Positions 1 through 10,417 are shown, counted from the first letter of the stretch. The stretch is 64,000 bases of DNA from Actinomycetes bacterium (GCA_037131045.1 JBAXRV010000001.1:48639-112638); one strand, 5' to 3'. Numbers and translations are program-made. The notes: generated from the letters alone by a model not told the origin.

Positions 1-123
1 ATCAGCAATTGCATCTTTGCTCAGGAGCATGGCCCCTAATACGGACTGTTCTGCAACAAGATCTTGAGGCGGTGTCAGTGTGTCGTGGGAATTCACGTTG
101 CGAGGAAACTCTGCAACACTCAT
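1..123 (-). CDS. dnaB: Replicative DNA helicase DnaB, first 41 codons only (the gene runs off the left edge)
   Basis: My own reverse-strand translation from the ATG at 123 gives MSVAEFPRNVNSHDTLTPPQDLVAEQSVLGAMLLSKDAIAD. The PPQDLxAEQSVLGxMLLSKDAIAD block is the conserved DnaB N-terminal signature. It is absent from the ORF track because it is truncated. Confidence 0.85.
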   Translation of the reverse strand, partial: MSVAEFPRNVNSHDTLTPPQDLVAEQSVLGAMLLSKDAIAD

Positions 124-234
124 TTAATTCAGCCTCAAAATCTCTTGTGTGGTCTACAAATCGGTGACATTAGCGTCTCGGGGAGGGAACTTGTGGGAGT
201 TCTTCGACATCTGTGACTCTACGAGCCTTATCTG

Positions 235-380
235 ACATCCACAATGAAGCCTGTGGATAAAGGGGTGGATAATATGGGGAAAAGCCATTGGTTTAGGCAC
301 TTCGGCATGGGGACAACCTGTTGATTACCAACTCCAGTTTTCCCAAATATCGCCAATAATCAGGTAAAAGACTGTCCACG
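235..380. promoter_or_regulatory. Cluster of DnaA-box-like 9-mers upstream of dnaB
   Basis: The motifs are ACATCCACA (235-243), a perfect TGTGGATAA (252-260), GGTGGATAA (264-272) and CTGTCCACG (372-380). All lie in the non-coding gap between dnaB and the MFS gene. Confidence 0.45.
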
Positions 381-395
381 GGGTGTGTGCAGAAA

Positions 396-1631
396 CTAAT
401 TGGAAAGAATTCTGCCATCTTCCTCCGGGGTCAATTCTTGGCGTAGTCGGACTCCAAGAAATCCCGCAATGGTCAACCCCACAAGGATCATCCCAAGCCA
501 CAGATTGACCCTTGCCTGCTGGAGCAAGACTCCCGAAATCGCTGGGCCAAGTGTCCCAGAAATCACCCACACCAGCCCCGAGATGGCGTTATACCGGCCA
601 CGAAGGTGCTCAGGAGCGATCACGTTTTGCAACGAGGCACCGATTGGTGACCAAATGGTCTCACCGACAGCAAAGATGGCAGTGCCAACGCATGCCAAGA
701 AGAAAGTCGCACCAGGACGGGCCACTCCAATGCCGGTGACAAACCAACCCGCCGCCCATAACGCACAGACCACCCCAAGCAAACGAGTACGGCTACGACC
801 TTCAAGCCGGTTCAAAATTGAAATCTGCAACACCACAATGACCGAGGTGTTTACTGCCCACAGTGGTCCCAGTTGTGACACCGAAAGTCCGCCGTACACA
901 GTCAGCAGGGCAGGCAAACCCGCATCCATCGATGCGTAGCCACAAGTCATCATGACTACTCCAACAATTGAGAGTTTTATCAGACGGCGATCACGCAAGA
1001 CTTCACGATAGCTGCCCGCGTTTTCTTCTTCGCCTTCTTCGAGTTTCAATCGACCACCAATGCCGCGAAGGCTAGCAATGAAAGCAAAGTACGTCAGGTA
1101 AGAAGCGGCATCAAGCAAATACAGTGTGGTGAAAGATTCGGGCCGTTCAACCCGAACGATGAATGAGCTCACCATGCCGCCGACGCCAAGACCCAGGTTA
1201 AGTGCCATGAATTGAAGTCCAAAGAATTTTTGCCGATCTTCGGCGCTCACCATGCGTGACATCAACGTTGATTGGGGCGGCCAAATTCCAGCATTACCCA
1301 GAGCAACAACCGTGCCTACTAGGTAGGCACGGGGTACGGAATCCGCTAAAGACCACGACGCCGTGCCAATAGCTTCAATCAGAATGGAGCCTAACAAAAT
1401 CGGCCGTGGACCAAATCGATCAACGAGTGTGCCAAAGATTGGAGAGAACGCCAAGCCAGTGATGGCCATCCATGACAAAACCAGAGATGCCGACGACATG
1501 GACATGTGACGTACTTGGTTCAAGTAGACAACCATGACCGGAAGAGTGAGTCCGCCGCCAAGAGAATTCAATAGCGCGCCGATCAGAAAGCGCTTCATCT
1601 GCGGTGTTGCCTCTGGCAAAAATGTTGACAT
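396..1631 (-). CDS. MFS transporter, substrate unknown
   Basis: The 411-aa ORF is hydrophobic throughout, with about 12 TM segments and an MFS-type loop motif (GTLVDRFGPRP). Confidence 0.8.
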   Translation of the reverse strand: MSTFLPEATPQMKRFLIGALLNSLGGGLTLPVMVVYLNQVRHMSMSSASLVLSWMAITGLAFSPIFGTLVDRFGPRPILLGSILIEAIGTASWSLADSVPRAYLVGTVVALGNAGIWPPQSTLMSRMVSAEDRQKFFGLQFMALNLGLGVGGMVSSFIVRVERPESFTTLYLLDAASYLTYFAFIASLRGIGGRLKLEEGEEENAGSYREVLRDRRLIKLSIVGVVMMTCGYASMDAGLPALLTVYGGLSVSQLGPLWAVNTSVIVVLQISILNRLEGRSRTRLLGVVCALWAAGWFVTGIGVARPGATFFLACVGTAIFAVGETIWSPIGASLQNVIAPEHLRGRYNAISGLVWVISGTLGPAISGVLLQQARVNLWLGMILVGLTIAGFLGVRLRQELTPEEDGRILSN

Positions 1632-1695
1632 AAATTTCTACTGATCGATTTCTTCAATACTGGCTCATGCAAGTATCGACTGATGTGGTGAAATG

Positions 1696-1721
1696 AAAAA
1701 AGAGGTAGCGCTAACTACCTC
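1696..1721 (-). terminator. Intrinsic terminator after the tRNA-Ile / DLW-39 / tRNA-Ala unit
   Basis: The minus strand reads GAGGTAG-TTAGCG-CTACCTC followed by TTTTTT. It starts 29 nt downstream of the tRNA-Ala 3' end. Confidence 0.6.
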
Positions 1722-1749
1722 CACAAATCACTTCATGTTGATTCTTGAG

Positions 1750-1822
1750 TGGAGAATAGGGGACTCGAACCCCTAACCCCCTGCTTGCAAAGCAGGTGCT
1801 CTACCAATTGAGCTAATTCCCC
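1750..1822 (-). tRNA. tRNA-Ala (anticodon TGC)
   Basis: A 73-nt cloverleaf read by eye: acceptor GGGGAAT/ATTCTCC with the G3:U70 alanine identity pair, anticodon loop TTTGCAA and T-arm GGGGTTCGAGTCCCC. No CCA is encoded. Confidence 0.93.
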
Positions 1823-1852
1823 GCGGTTTCGCGAAACGCGGTGCCTCCAAAG

Positions 1853-1966
1853 TTACTCGGAAGTGGCTTGAGTCCACAAATCCTGTCCAGCTTTAGTTGC
1901 TTCGATCTGCTGGTAAATCACATAACCTGCTACGGCCATGAGAGCCAGAGACAACAATTTTTTCAT
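1853..1966 (-). CDS. DLW-39 family small membrane protein (37 aa)
   Basis: My own translation gives MKKLLSLALMAVAGYVIYQQIEATKAGQDLWTQATSE, a single N-terminal TM helix plus the DLW motif. The position between tRNA-Ile and tRNA-Ala downstream of gyrA is typical for this actinobacterial family. It is below the 60-aa cutoff of the ORF track. Confidence 0.7.
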   Translation of the reverse strand: MKKLLSLALMAVAGYVIYQQIEATKAGQDLWTQATSE

Positions 1967-1992
1967 GAGCTTTACCCTACCTTTTTCGTACG

Positions 1993-2067
1993 TGGGCCTA
2001 GATGGACTTGAACCATCGACCTCTTCCTTATCAGGGAAGCGCTCTAACCAAGCTGAGCTATAGGCCC
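1993..2067 (-). tRNA. tRNA-Ile (anticodon GAT)
   Basis: The minus strand reads GGGCCTATAGCTCAGCTTGGTTAGAGC..., with anticodon stem-loop CTTCC-CTGATAA-GGAAG and T-arm GATGGTTCAAGTCCATC. No CCA is encoded. Confidence 0.93.
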
Positions 2068-2170
2068 TTGCGGTTTATTAAGTTGTAACGCCAGAAATGC
2101 GAGTTTTTGGCGCGAGACAAGAGGTTACCGTAATTCGGGCTCTGCCCAAAATGAGACGGCTGACTTACCC

Positions 2171-2569
2171 TTACGAACGATCAGTCAGAGTGACTTCAAT
2201 GCCGCCAGTGAAGCCCACGCTCAAGTTGTACAGAACTGCAAACAAAGTCGAAAGTGCGCTCAGCAACACAATTTCAACCGCAGAGACCACCATGGACAGA
2301 CCAACTAGTCGACCAAGGGACAGGAAACTCACGCCACTGCTGCTACCCGAGACGTCCTTAAATAAACCAGTAACAGCCTCAAATACACCTGCAGCAGACA
2401 GCATCAGCCATAAAGCAATACACGCCACAATCGTGATACCAGCAATTGTCACTCCAAGCATGAAAGCGCCCTTTGCTACTGACCAAGGGTCAAGATGCGT
2501 CAGGTGCAGTTTGGCTTGTCGCACAGGTGCGTCCATTTCTTGCTCTTGCTCGTCCATAGTTGTCGTCAC
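2171..2569 (-). CDS. DUF3566 family membrane protein (Rv0007-like)
   Basis: The 132-aa ORF lies immediately downstream of gyrA. It has an acidic N-terminus, a LDPWSVAKGAF motif and two TM segments, as in the conserved actinobacterial gyrA neighbour. Confidence 0.7.
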   Translation of the reverse strand: MTTTMDEQEQEMDAPVRQAKLHLTHLDPWSVAKGAFMLGVTIAGITIVACIALWLMLSAAGVFEAVTGLFKDVSGSSSGVSFLSLGRLVGLSMVVSAVEIVLLSALSTLFAVLYNLSVGFTGGIEVTLTDRS

Positions 2570-2571
2570 GA

Positions 2572-5091
2572 CTACTCCTCTCCACCATGAGGTGGCGAAA
2601 CTGGCTCGTCGGCCAGATCAAGGTCTTCAAGTTCGGCTTGCGCTGTTGCAGATGACCGGGCAACTCCAACAACCTGCACGTCGTCGTCAACGCTCATCAA
2701 TTTCACACCCATTGTGTCACGCCCTGCAACTCGGATTTCCGATACCGAGGTTCGAATAACAACACCATTACTCGCAATGGCGAAGATCTCGTCAGCCTCG
2801 TCACAGACAAGTGCGGCAACAAGTGCGCCTGTTTTGTCATTTTTAGTATCCGCAGCAATGACGCCTTGGGTGCCGCGACTCTTCGCATTCCATCCGGTCG
2901 TCATCGTTCGCTTACTGAATCCGTTTTCGGTAATGGTCACTACATAGGCGCCAGGTCGCGCGATTTCCATGCTGATGAGGTAGTCGGCACTGCGCTTAAA
3001 CTTCATGCCGATTACACCTGCCGCTGATCGACCCATTGGTCGTAACGTGGAATCGTCGGCTCGGAAAAATACTGAATAAGCATCTTTGGACACTAAGACG
3101 ATGTCATCTTGTTCATTTGCTAGCTGTGCAGAAACTAAGACATCATCGTCTTTCAGAGTTATCGCAATTAATCCTGTGGATCGAGGCGAGTCATACTCAG
3201 TCAAACGCGTCTTTTTCAAGATTCCGCCGCGCGTACCCAAAACCAAATACTGCGCCTGCTCATAGTCTTTAATATCAAGTACCTGTGCAATTGATTCATC
3301 CGGTGACAACTGCAGCAAATTAGCAACATGCTGCCCGCGTGCATCGCGTCCTGCGTCGGGTAACTCGTAACCCTTCACTCGGAATACGCGACCCTTGTTT
3401 GTAAAGAAGAGAATCCAGTTATGCGTCGAGGTCACAAAGAAGTGCTCAACAACATCATCTTGTTTCAGTGCGGCACCTTTAACGCCACGGCCGCCACGCT
3501 TTTGTGATCGATAAAGCGCCGCTTTGGTCCGCTTTGCATAACCATCCTGTGTCACCGTGACAACAATTGGTTCAACCATAATGAGATCTTCGCTGTTTAC
3601 TTCATTTTCATCAGCAATGATTTTTGATCTACGTTCATCGCCATACTTATTGACGCTTTCAGTAAGTTCGTCGCTGACAATCTGGCGCTGACGAGCTGGC
3701 TTAGCAAGGATGTCCTCGTAGTCAGAAATTTCCATCATTAACTTGTCATGCTGGGATTGGAGTTCGTTGCGCTCCAACGCAGCCAACTTACGCAATTGCA
3801 TATCCAAAATCGCTTGAGCCTGGACTTCGTCGATCTCAAGTAAGTCTTGAAGTCCTTGTTGTGCAGCTGAAGCAGATTCAGATCCACGGATTAGCGCAAT
3901 GACTTCATCAATTCGATCTATTGCTTTAAGCAATCCGATCAAAATATGAACACGCTCTTGAGCAATCCGAAGCCGGTATGCCGTACGTCTCTGGATTACT
4001 TCGATTTGGTGAGTAATCCAGTGCGATACAAACGCATCCAAGCTCAGTGTGCGCGGTACGCCATCAACCAACGCGAGCATGTTTGCACTGAAGTTATCTT
4101 GCAATTGTGTGTGCTTGAAGAGATTATTCAGCACAACTTTTGGAACAGCATCGCGCTTGAGAACTACAACGATACGCATTCCGGTACGCGACGACGTTTC
4201 ATCAATAATGTCTGCGATGCCAGAAATTTTTCCTTGGTCGTGTAACTCAACAATTCGCGCAATGAGATTATCGGGATTCACTTGATAGGGAAGTTCGGTG
4301 ATTACAATGACCGTGCGACCGCGTTTGTCTTCCGTGATTTCAGTAACGGCCCGCATCGGGATGGAGCCCCGACCAGTGCGGTAGGCATCGCTGATTCCGC
4401 GGCGACCAACAATAAGAGCACCTGTGGGGAAATCCGGTCCCGTGATGCGCTCTAGGAGGGCAGCAAGTAGTTCTTCGCGGGACGCCTCAGGGTGTTCTAG
4501 TGCCCACTGCACGCCCGCGGCGACCTCTGTCAGGTTATGAGGTGGGATGTTGGTTGCCATGCCCACCGCGATGCCCGAAGAGCCATTAATGAGCAAATTC
4601 GGGATGCGGCTCGGCAAAACGGTGGGTTCTAGGTTCTTGCCATCGTAATTCGGTACGAAATTAACGGTGTCCTGATCGATGTCACGAACCATCTCCATGG
4701 CAATCGGAGCCATCCGAGCTTCGGTATAACGAGCTGCCGCTGGGGAATCGTTTCCTGGCGATCCAAAGTTTCCTTGACCTTGGGCCAATGGGTAACGAAG
4801 TGACCACGACTGCGTCAATCGCACCAACGTGTCATAGATCGCGCTATCGCCGTGTGGGTGGTACTGACCCATCACTTCACCCACAACACGAGCGCTCTTG
4901 TTGAACGCCCGATCAGGTCGGTAGCCACCGTCATACATTGCGTACAACACCCGACGATGAACTGGCTTGAGACCATCGCGTACGTCAGGTAGTGCGCGCG
5001 ACACGATGACGCTCATTGCGTAGTCCATATAGGACCGCTGCATTTCGACCTGTAGGTCGACTATTTCAATTTGGTCGTGTTGATCAGTCAT
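2572..5091 (-). CDS. gyrA: DNA gyrase subunit A
   Basis: The 839-aa ORF carries [26 protein letters not shown] and the catalytic-Tyr region [10 protein letters not shown], with C-terminal beta-pinwheel repeats. Its start overlaps the gyrB stop (TAATG). Confidence 0.97.
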   Translation of the reverse strand: MTDQHDQIEIVDLQVEMQRSYMDYAMSVIVSRALPDVRDGLKPVHRRVLYAMYDGGYRPDRAFNKSARVVGEVMGQYHPHGDSAIYDTLVRLTQSWSLRYPLAQGQGNFGSPGNDSPAAARYTEARMAPIAMEMVRDIDQDTVNFVPNYDGKNLEPTVLPSRIPNLLINGSSGIAVGMATNIPPHNLTEVAAGVQWALEHPEASREELLAALLERITGPDFPTGALIVGRRGISDAYRTGRGSIPMRAVTEITEDKRGRTVIVITELPYQVNPDNLIARIVELHDQGKISGIADIIDETSSRTGMRIVVVLKRDAVPKVVLNNLFKHTQLQDNFSANMLALVDGVPRTLSLDAFVSHWITHQIEVIQRRTAYRLRIAQERVHILIGLLKAIDRIDEVIALIRGSESASAAQQGLQDLLEIDEVQAQAILDMQLRKLAALERNELQSQHDKLMMEISDYEDILAKPARQRQIVSDELTESVNKYGDERRSKIIADENEVNSEDLIMVEPIVVTVTQDGYAKRTKAALYRSQKRGGRGVKGAALKQDDVVEHFFVTSTHNWILFFTNKGRVFRVKGYELPDAGRDARGQHVANLLQLSPDESIAQVLDIKDYEQAQYLVLGTRGGILKKTRLTEYDSPRSTGLIAITLKDDDVLVSAQLANEQDDIVLVSKDAYSVFFRADDSTLRPMGRSAAGVIGMKFKRSADYLISMEIARPGAYVVTITENGFSKRTMTTGWNAKSRGTQGVIAADTKNDKTGALVAALVCDEADEIFAIASNGVVIRTSVSEIRVAGRDTMGVKLMSVDDDVQVVGVARSSATAQAELEDLDLADEPVSPPHGGEE

Positions 5092-7097
5092 TAGATATCC
5101 AAGAACCGTACGTCGTGCGCATTGCGCTGAATGAAATTGCGGCGACTTTCTACATCTTCGCCCATGAGTGTCGAGAACAATGCGTCCGCTTGCACAGCAT
5201 CTTCAACTGATACCTGAAGTAAAACACGTCTGGCTGGGTCCATCGTGGTCTCCCACAATTCCTCGGCATTCATTTCGCCAAGACCTTTGTAGCGCTGCAC
5301 ATCTTCTTGCTTAAGTTTCTTTCCAGTGCTCAGGCCTGCTTCAACAATCGCGTCACGTTCCCGATCGGTGTAGGCGTATGCAGGCGCTTCACGTGACCAT
5401 TTAATTTTGTACAAAGGTGGTTGTCCAAGATAAACAAAGCCACCATCAACCAGTGGTCGCATGTAGCGGAACAAAAAAGTTAAGAGCAATGTGCGAATGT
5501 GTTGTCCATCAACATCAGCATCAGCCATGAGGACAATTTTGTGATAACGAAGTTTGTTGATGTCGAACTCATCTTGGATTCCAGTACCGAATGCCGAAAT
5601 CAAACCTTGCACTTCAGTGTTTGCTAAAACTTTGTCAAGACGAGTTTTTTCAACATTAAGAATTTTTCCTCGGATGGGCATAATCGCTTGGATGCGCGGG
5701 TCGCGGCCTTGGCCCGCTGAACCGCCGGCCGAGTCTCCTTCAACGATAAAGACTTCGCATTCAGTAGGGTCTGTGCTCGAGCAGTCTTTCAATTTTCCTG
5801 GCAATCCACTACTACCCAGTAAGCCCTTGCGATTACGGGCAAGGTCGCGCGCTTTACGTGCCGCAAGACGTGCTGATGCAGCTTGTAGTGATTTGCGCGC
5901 AATCTCTCTACCTTCTGCAGGATTTTTTTGGAACCACACTGATAGTTGTTCATTGACAACTTTTTGTACGAAAGTTTTCGCTGCGGTGTTACCTAACTTA
6001 GTTTTTGTTTGACCTTCAAATTGCGGCTCGCGTAATTTGATTGAGACGATTGCAGTCAGGCCTTCGCGCACATCTTCACCAGTAAGGTTTGTATCTTTCT
6101 CTTTCAGGATGTTCCACTCTCGAGCATATTTATTGACGAGTGTTGTTAACGCGGAACGAAAACCTTCTTCGTGAGTTCCGCCTTCAATTGTGTTAATCGT
6201 GTTTGCAAACGAATAAACAGATTCGGCGAATCCCATGTTCCATTGCATGGCCACTTCAAGGCTCATGCCTAACTTCTCATCTTCGGCATCGAATTCGATG
6301 ACAGCGCCGTGAGCCGCAGACTTCGACTGATTAAGGTGCCGCACGAAATCGGAGATACCCCCTTGATAGGAGTAGCTCACACTTCGGAAACCTTCTTCGT
6401 TGCGATCAAGCTCGCCCTCGACACCAGCAAGTCGAGATGATGCTCGTTCGTCAGTCAGGGAAAGATTAAGTCCGCGATTAAGAAAGGCCATCTCTTGAAA
6501 GCGCCGAGAGAGTGTTTCAAAGTCGTAGTCGGTGGTTTCAAAAATTTCCCCGTCAGCCCAAAACGTTACTTGGGTTCCGGTCTCGTCAGACTTGCCACCT
6601 TTTGCCAAAGGGGCTACGGGTACACCGTAGGCGTAGCTCTGCGTCCACACGTGTCCTTCGCGACGTACTTCCACGTCCACGCGAGTGGACAGGGCATTCA
6701 CCACGGAAACACCCACACCATGTAATCCGCCTGATACTGCGTATCCGCCGCCGCCAAACTTGCCGCCAGCGTGCAGGACTGTAAGTACAACTTCAACGGC
6801 TGGTTTGCCTTCTGAGGGCACAATGTCAACTGGAATGCCACGACCGTTGTCTCGCACCCGAACTCCGCCGTCAGCCAAAATGGTGACTTCGATGTGGGTG
6901 CAATATCCTGCTAAAGCTTCATCAACAGAGTTGTCTACGACTTCATAAACCAAGTGATGCAAACCGCGTTCACCAGTGGATCCGATGTACATTCCGGGGC
7001 GTTTACGAACGGCATCAAGACCCTCTAAAACTTGAATTGCACTAGCGTCATATGACACGTGAGATAGGCCTTTCACACAGGTTGCAAATCGCCGCAA
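5091..7097 (-). CDS. gyrB: DNA gyrase subunit B
   Basis: The ORF has the GHKL ATPase motifs ([23 protein letters not shown]), Toprim [14 protein letters not shown] and [11 protein letters not shown]. The start is uncertain: TTG at 7097 (AAGG 6 nt upstream) or GTG at 7058, which gives [14 protein letters not shown]. Confidence 0.95.
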   Translation of the reverse strand: MRRFATCVKGLSHVSYDASAIQVLEGLDAVRKRPGMYIGSTGERGLHHLVYEVVDNSVDEALAGYCTHIEVTILADGGVRVRDNGRGIPVDIVPSEGKPAVEVVLTVLHAGGKFGGGGYAVSGGLHGVGVSVVNALSTRVDVEVRREGHVWTQSYAYGVPVAPLAKGGKSDETGTQVTFWADGEIFETTDYDFETLSRRFQEMAFLNRGLNLSLTDERASSRLAGVEGELDRNEEGFRSVSYSYQGGISDFVRHLNQSKSAAHGAVIEFDAEDEKLGMSLEVAMQWNMGFAESVYSFANTINTIEGGTHEEGFRSALTTLVNKYAREWNILKEKDTNLTGEDVREGLTAIVSIKLREPQFEGQTKTKLGNTAAKTFVQKVVNEQLSVWFQKNPAEGREIARKSLQAASARLAARKARDLARNRKGLLGSSGLPGKLKDCSSTDPTECEVFIVEGDSAGGSAGQGRDPRIQAIMPIRGKILNVEKTRLDKVLANTEVQGLISAFGTGIQDEFDINKLRYHKIVLMADADVDGQHIRTLLLTFLFRYMRPLVDGGFVYLGQPPLYKIKWSREAPAYAYTDRERDAIVEAGLSTGKKLKQEDVQRYKGLGEMNAEELWETTMDPARRVLLQVSVEDAVQADALFSTLMGEDVESRRNFIQRNAHDVRFLDI

Positions 7098-7180
7098 AAA
7101 CCTTATGAAATAAGGGTATTTTTGCCTTTCGAAACTGCTTTCATCCTACCTTATGTAGGTCAAAAAAGCACCTCGGTTTA

Positions 7181-7702
7181 CTACCCGTAAGTGTCTCTAG
7201 GACCGCGTCCTTTCACGCTTCTTAAGCCATGTTTCCAGCTCGGTGCAGTCGGTCCATTCACCACAATTTCTGATACTCGACCAAACCCAATCGACTCGTC
7301 TAATTGGGTTTGAAGTGATGCAAGTAAGTATCGAATTTGGGTAGCCCAGGCGGTTGAATCTGCTCTGAGGACTAAGACGCCTGATTGCCCGCTCGGATCT
7401 AGATCAAAGGTCTCAATGGACACATGTTGGGCGTTTGTGTGACCAATCATTTCAGCCCACCCAGCATGTAGTTGCCCGGTAGCAACATTGAGGTCCCAGC
7501 CTCGGTTCACGATCAGCCGATCAATTGCTCCACCAAGCAAGGCCGGATCACGTTCATCAGGCCCGGCACTACTGCGCACCTCATCACTAGATACTTGCCA
7601 GCCGCGCTGAAATGGCTTGGGATTGTGGTGTGTTCGAGTGCGCGCCCGCGACAATAACGAGCGCAAAAACTCCTGTTGGTTAGCGGTCAGCATGACACTC
7701 AA
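7181..7702 (-). CDS. dciA: DUF721 protein, DciA-like (Rv0004 homologue)
   Basis: The 173-aa ORF sits between recF and gyrB, overlapping the recF stop by 4 nt. The region ALLGGAIDRLIVNRGWD...WAEMIG fits DUF721. Confidence 0.75.
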   Translation of the reverse strand: MSVMLTANQQEFLRSLLSRARTRTHHNPKPFQRGWQVSSDEVRSSAGPDERDPALLGGAIDRLIVNRGWDLNVATGQLHAGWAEMIGHTNAQHVSIETFDLDPSGQSGVLVLRADSTAWATQIRYLLASLQTQLDESIGFGRVSEIVVNGPTAPSWKHGLRSVKGRGPRDTYG

Positions 7703-8796
7703 TCTTCCAACACATATGTTCGATCTAACAAGGCTTGCGGCACATCTTCGGGTACTGCTGCCGTGATAATAGTTTGCTCTACGCCGGTGACAGCGCTGAC
7801 TAATCGAGTTCTGCGCAGAACATCTAATTCTGCGAACACATCATCAAGGAGCAAAATGGGATCATCTTCGAATTCCCGCAACACATTGAACGTAGCCAAC
7901 CGTAAAGCCAGAGCGATTGACCATGACTGTCCGTGAGAGGCATAACCTTTCGCCGGAATTGCACTGAGTTGAATATCTATATCGTCACGATGAGGGCCGA
8001 CAAGTGTCACGCCTCGTTCGAGTTCGTCACGATAACGCTCATGAAGTGCATGGGTGAGTTGTGTCTTTATCGCAGCTTTGTCACGAGTGTCTGTCTGTAA
8101 CCATGTGGCGCTGTATTTAACCTCTAGTGGCTCAGTACTAGCGCTAATCATTTCCCCGTGTTCGCAAATCCAAGGAGACAGCTCATCTAATGCAACAAGG
8201 CGAGCTTCGACTAATGCAGAGGCATGATCAACATATTGTTCATCCCACACGTCGAGGGTTTCCTGGGCACTCACACTTAAAGGCCGGCGGCCGGCGGACT
8301 TTAATAAAGCATTGCGTTGTCGCAACACTTTGTCGAAGTCATGACGCAAGCCAAGAACCCGGGGTGCACGTTGAGTTGCAAAGTCATCTAGATACTTTCT
8401 GCGTGCGCTCGGATCACCCGATACCAATTGCAAATCTTCGGGAGCAAAAACAACTGTGTGAATTAATCCGATAATTTCTTTGGGGCGAGTCAATTGGTTT
8501 CCGTTAAGCGTGACACGGTTTGGTTTTTGATCATTTATGTCGATTGAGACCGCAGCTGTGCGTTCTTGTTTTTGGACAACAGCTGAGATCGTTGCACTTG
8601 TTTGGCCAATTAAAATAAGTGGGGCATCGTGCGCTACTCGATGGCTGCCAAGGGTCGCCAGGTAATTAATGGCCTCAATAATGTTGGTTTTTCCGCGGCC
8701 ATTTCGCCCGATGATTGTTGTGCTTCCAGCCTCGAAAGTCAGGCTGATGCTTTCGTGATTGCGATAATTCGCTAACTCGATTTCGCGAATTCGCAT
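7699..8796 (-). CDS. recF: DNA replication and repair protein RecF
   Basis: The 365-aa ORF has Walker A GRNGRGKTNIIEAI, a SMC-like signature region and Walker B LLLLDDVFAELD. Confidence 0.95.
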   Translation of the reverse strand: MRIREIELANYRNHESISLTFEAGSTTIIGRNGRGKTNIIEAINYLATLGSHRVAHDAPLILIGQTSATISAVVQKQERTAAVSIDINDQKPNRVTLNGNQLTRPKEIIGLIHTVVFAPEDLQLVSGDPSARRKYLDDFATQRAPRVLGLRHDFDKVLRQRNALLKSAGRRPLSVSAQETLDVWDEQYVDHASALVEARLVALDELSPWICEHGEMISASTEPLEVKYSATWLQTDTRDKAAIKTQLTHALHERYRDELERGVTLVGPHRDDIDIQLSAIPAKGYASHGQSWSIALALRLATFNVLREFEDDPILLLDDVFAELDVLRRTRLVSAVTGVEQTIITAAVPEDVPQALLDRTYVLED

Positions 8797-8799
8797 TGC

Positions 8800-9927
8800 T
8801 TACGGCTGACGGATTGGCATCAATAAGTATTTGAAGCTGTCATACGGCGGCGCATCGACTTCTTTAGCGCCTGTAATCACAGCGGGTCTAATTGGAGTCG
8901 TCATCGAAATCACTGCGGTGGGCGCATCAATTGCACCAAGTCCATCTAATAAAAATTGGTAATTAAATGCAATGGTAAGCTCGTCGCCGGACAAGGCACA
9001 CTCAACATATTCGCGAGCCTCGGCAATTTCTCCGTTTCCGCCACCGCCACTGATTGCAGCTTCACCATTAGTGAAGTGAATACGAACCGGAATATCTCTA
9101 TCAAGAACAAGGGACACTCGCTTGACCGCTTCAATAAGTTGACCGGTGTTGATTTGTGCCACGCTTGAAGATTCGCTGGGTAATAATGACTGATATTTCG
9201 GAAAATCTGCAGCGAGTAGTCGGCTCGTTGTTTGGCGACCTTCACCCTCGATTCCCACGAGTCCTTCAGAGGTAGAAGTAAACGCTAAACCAATCGATGC
9301 ACTATGTGAGAGCGCTTTGGCGGTCTCGGACAAAAACTTTGCTGGCACTAGAGCATGGGTGGAAAGTGACGGAGATGCTGGTGACCATTCCAGTTCGCGC
9401 ACTGCTAAGCGATACCGATCTGTTGCCGCCATCGTCATTGTCGAGCCATCAATGTCTATTTTAATTCCCGTAAATGGTGGCAATGTTTCGTCGCGTGAGG
9501 AGGCCACAACCACTTGGGCTATTGCTGCTGCAAACTCTGCGCCAGCGATGGTTCCACTAATTTGCGGCATGGTTGGGATGGGTGGGTAGTCAGCAACAGG
9601 CATTGTCGGAATACTGAACGAGGACCGGCCACATGTGATGTGTGCGCGAGAACCATCAATCGAAAATTCAATAGCTGCAGAAGGTAGCGAGCGAGTGATA
9701 TCAGCGAGAAGGCGTCCTGGAATGAGCACAGTTCCTGGCTCAGCTACATCAGCCGTGATATTTGCGCGAGCACTGACATCGGCATCGCTGCCAGAAAAAG
9801 TAAGTCCAGTTTTATCCGCGACTAAATGAACTCCAGTAAGTAATGGTTGTGTCGATTTATTCGGCAGGCTGCGCGAAGCCCATACGACCGCGTCGGCCAT
9901 GACATCTCGATCCACCCGGAACTTCAC
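8800..9927 (-). CDS. dnaN: DNA polymerase III beta sliding clamp
   Basis: The 375-aa ORF has the N-terminus MKFRVDRDVMADAV and a three-domain length, and sits between oriC and recF. Confidence 0.95.
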   Translation of the reverse strand: MKFRVDRDVMADAVVWASRSLPNKSTQPLLTGVHLVADKTGLTFSGSDADVSARANITADVAEPGTVLIPGRLLADITRSLPSAAIEFSIDGSRAHITCGRSSFSIPTMPVADYPPIPTMPQISGTIAGAEFAAAIAQVVVASSRDETLPPFTGIKIDIDGSTMTMAATDRYRLAVRELEWSPASPSLSTHALVPAKFLSETAKALSHSASIGLAFTSTSEGLVGIEGEGRQTTSRLLAADFPKYQSLLPSESSSVAQINTGQLIEAVKRVSLVLDRDIPVRIHFTNGEAAISGGGGNGEIAEAREYVECALSGDELTIAFNYQFLLDGLGAIDAPTAVISMTTPIRPAVITGAKEVDAPPYDSFKYLLMPIRQP

Positions 9928-10417
9928 GGTTCAACACACCCTCTTAATAAATAATTCGTATTTATGAGCCTTAATAGTGCCACGACCTACTGATACACGG
10001 TAGGGCAGTATGCACAAATAAGTTAATTTGCTTGGTTTGAGTAGTTATCCACTATTTAGGCCCGCGTCAAGGAAACTTTGAGTTGATGAATATATCTTTC
10101 GTAGTAGTAGTAGCGCATGTGGATTCTGTGTAGAACCGCCATATCCCTGATAAAAGACACATTTCTATCCACACCGACCTGTGTATAAAAGCCACAAACA
10201 AAGCAAATATGTGTGTAACTAAAAAGTTATCCACAATCGTCCACAGGAAAATGTGGACAATACGCGGTTACCCCCAGGTTTAGGCACAGGTACGGACAAT
10301 CTCTCAACTAAAGAGTGAGTTGTCCACGGGGTTATCCACAGGGTGGGGAGAAGTGACTGTTGGGATTTATGTGACAGTTTGTCATTATGTGAAACGCGAT
10401 TACTCAAGCGCGCACGT
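9928..10417. other. Chromosomal replication origin oriC (dnaA-dnaN spacer)
   Basis: The 490-bp non-coding spacer holds at least 8 DnaA-box matches. Three are perfect TTATCCACA (10227, 10332) or TGTGGACAA (10252). There are AT-rich tracts at 9942-9977 and 10084-10100 and a (TAG)x4 run at 10102-10113. Gene strand bias switches here. Confidence 0.85.

Noticed and set aside
10219-10407. A 62-aa minus-strand ORF inside the dnaA-dnaN spacer.
   Set aside because: It is made up of the DnaA-box array itself (repeated HR/VDN/WIT codons from TTATCCACA). It has no SD and the region is oriC.
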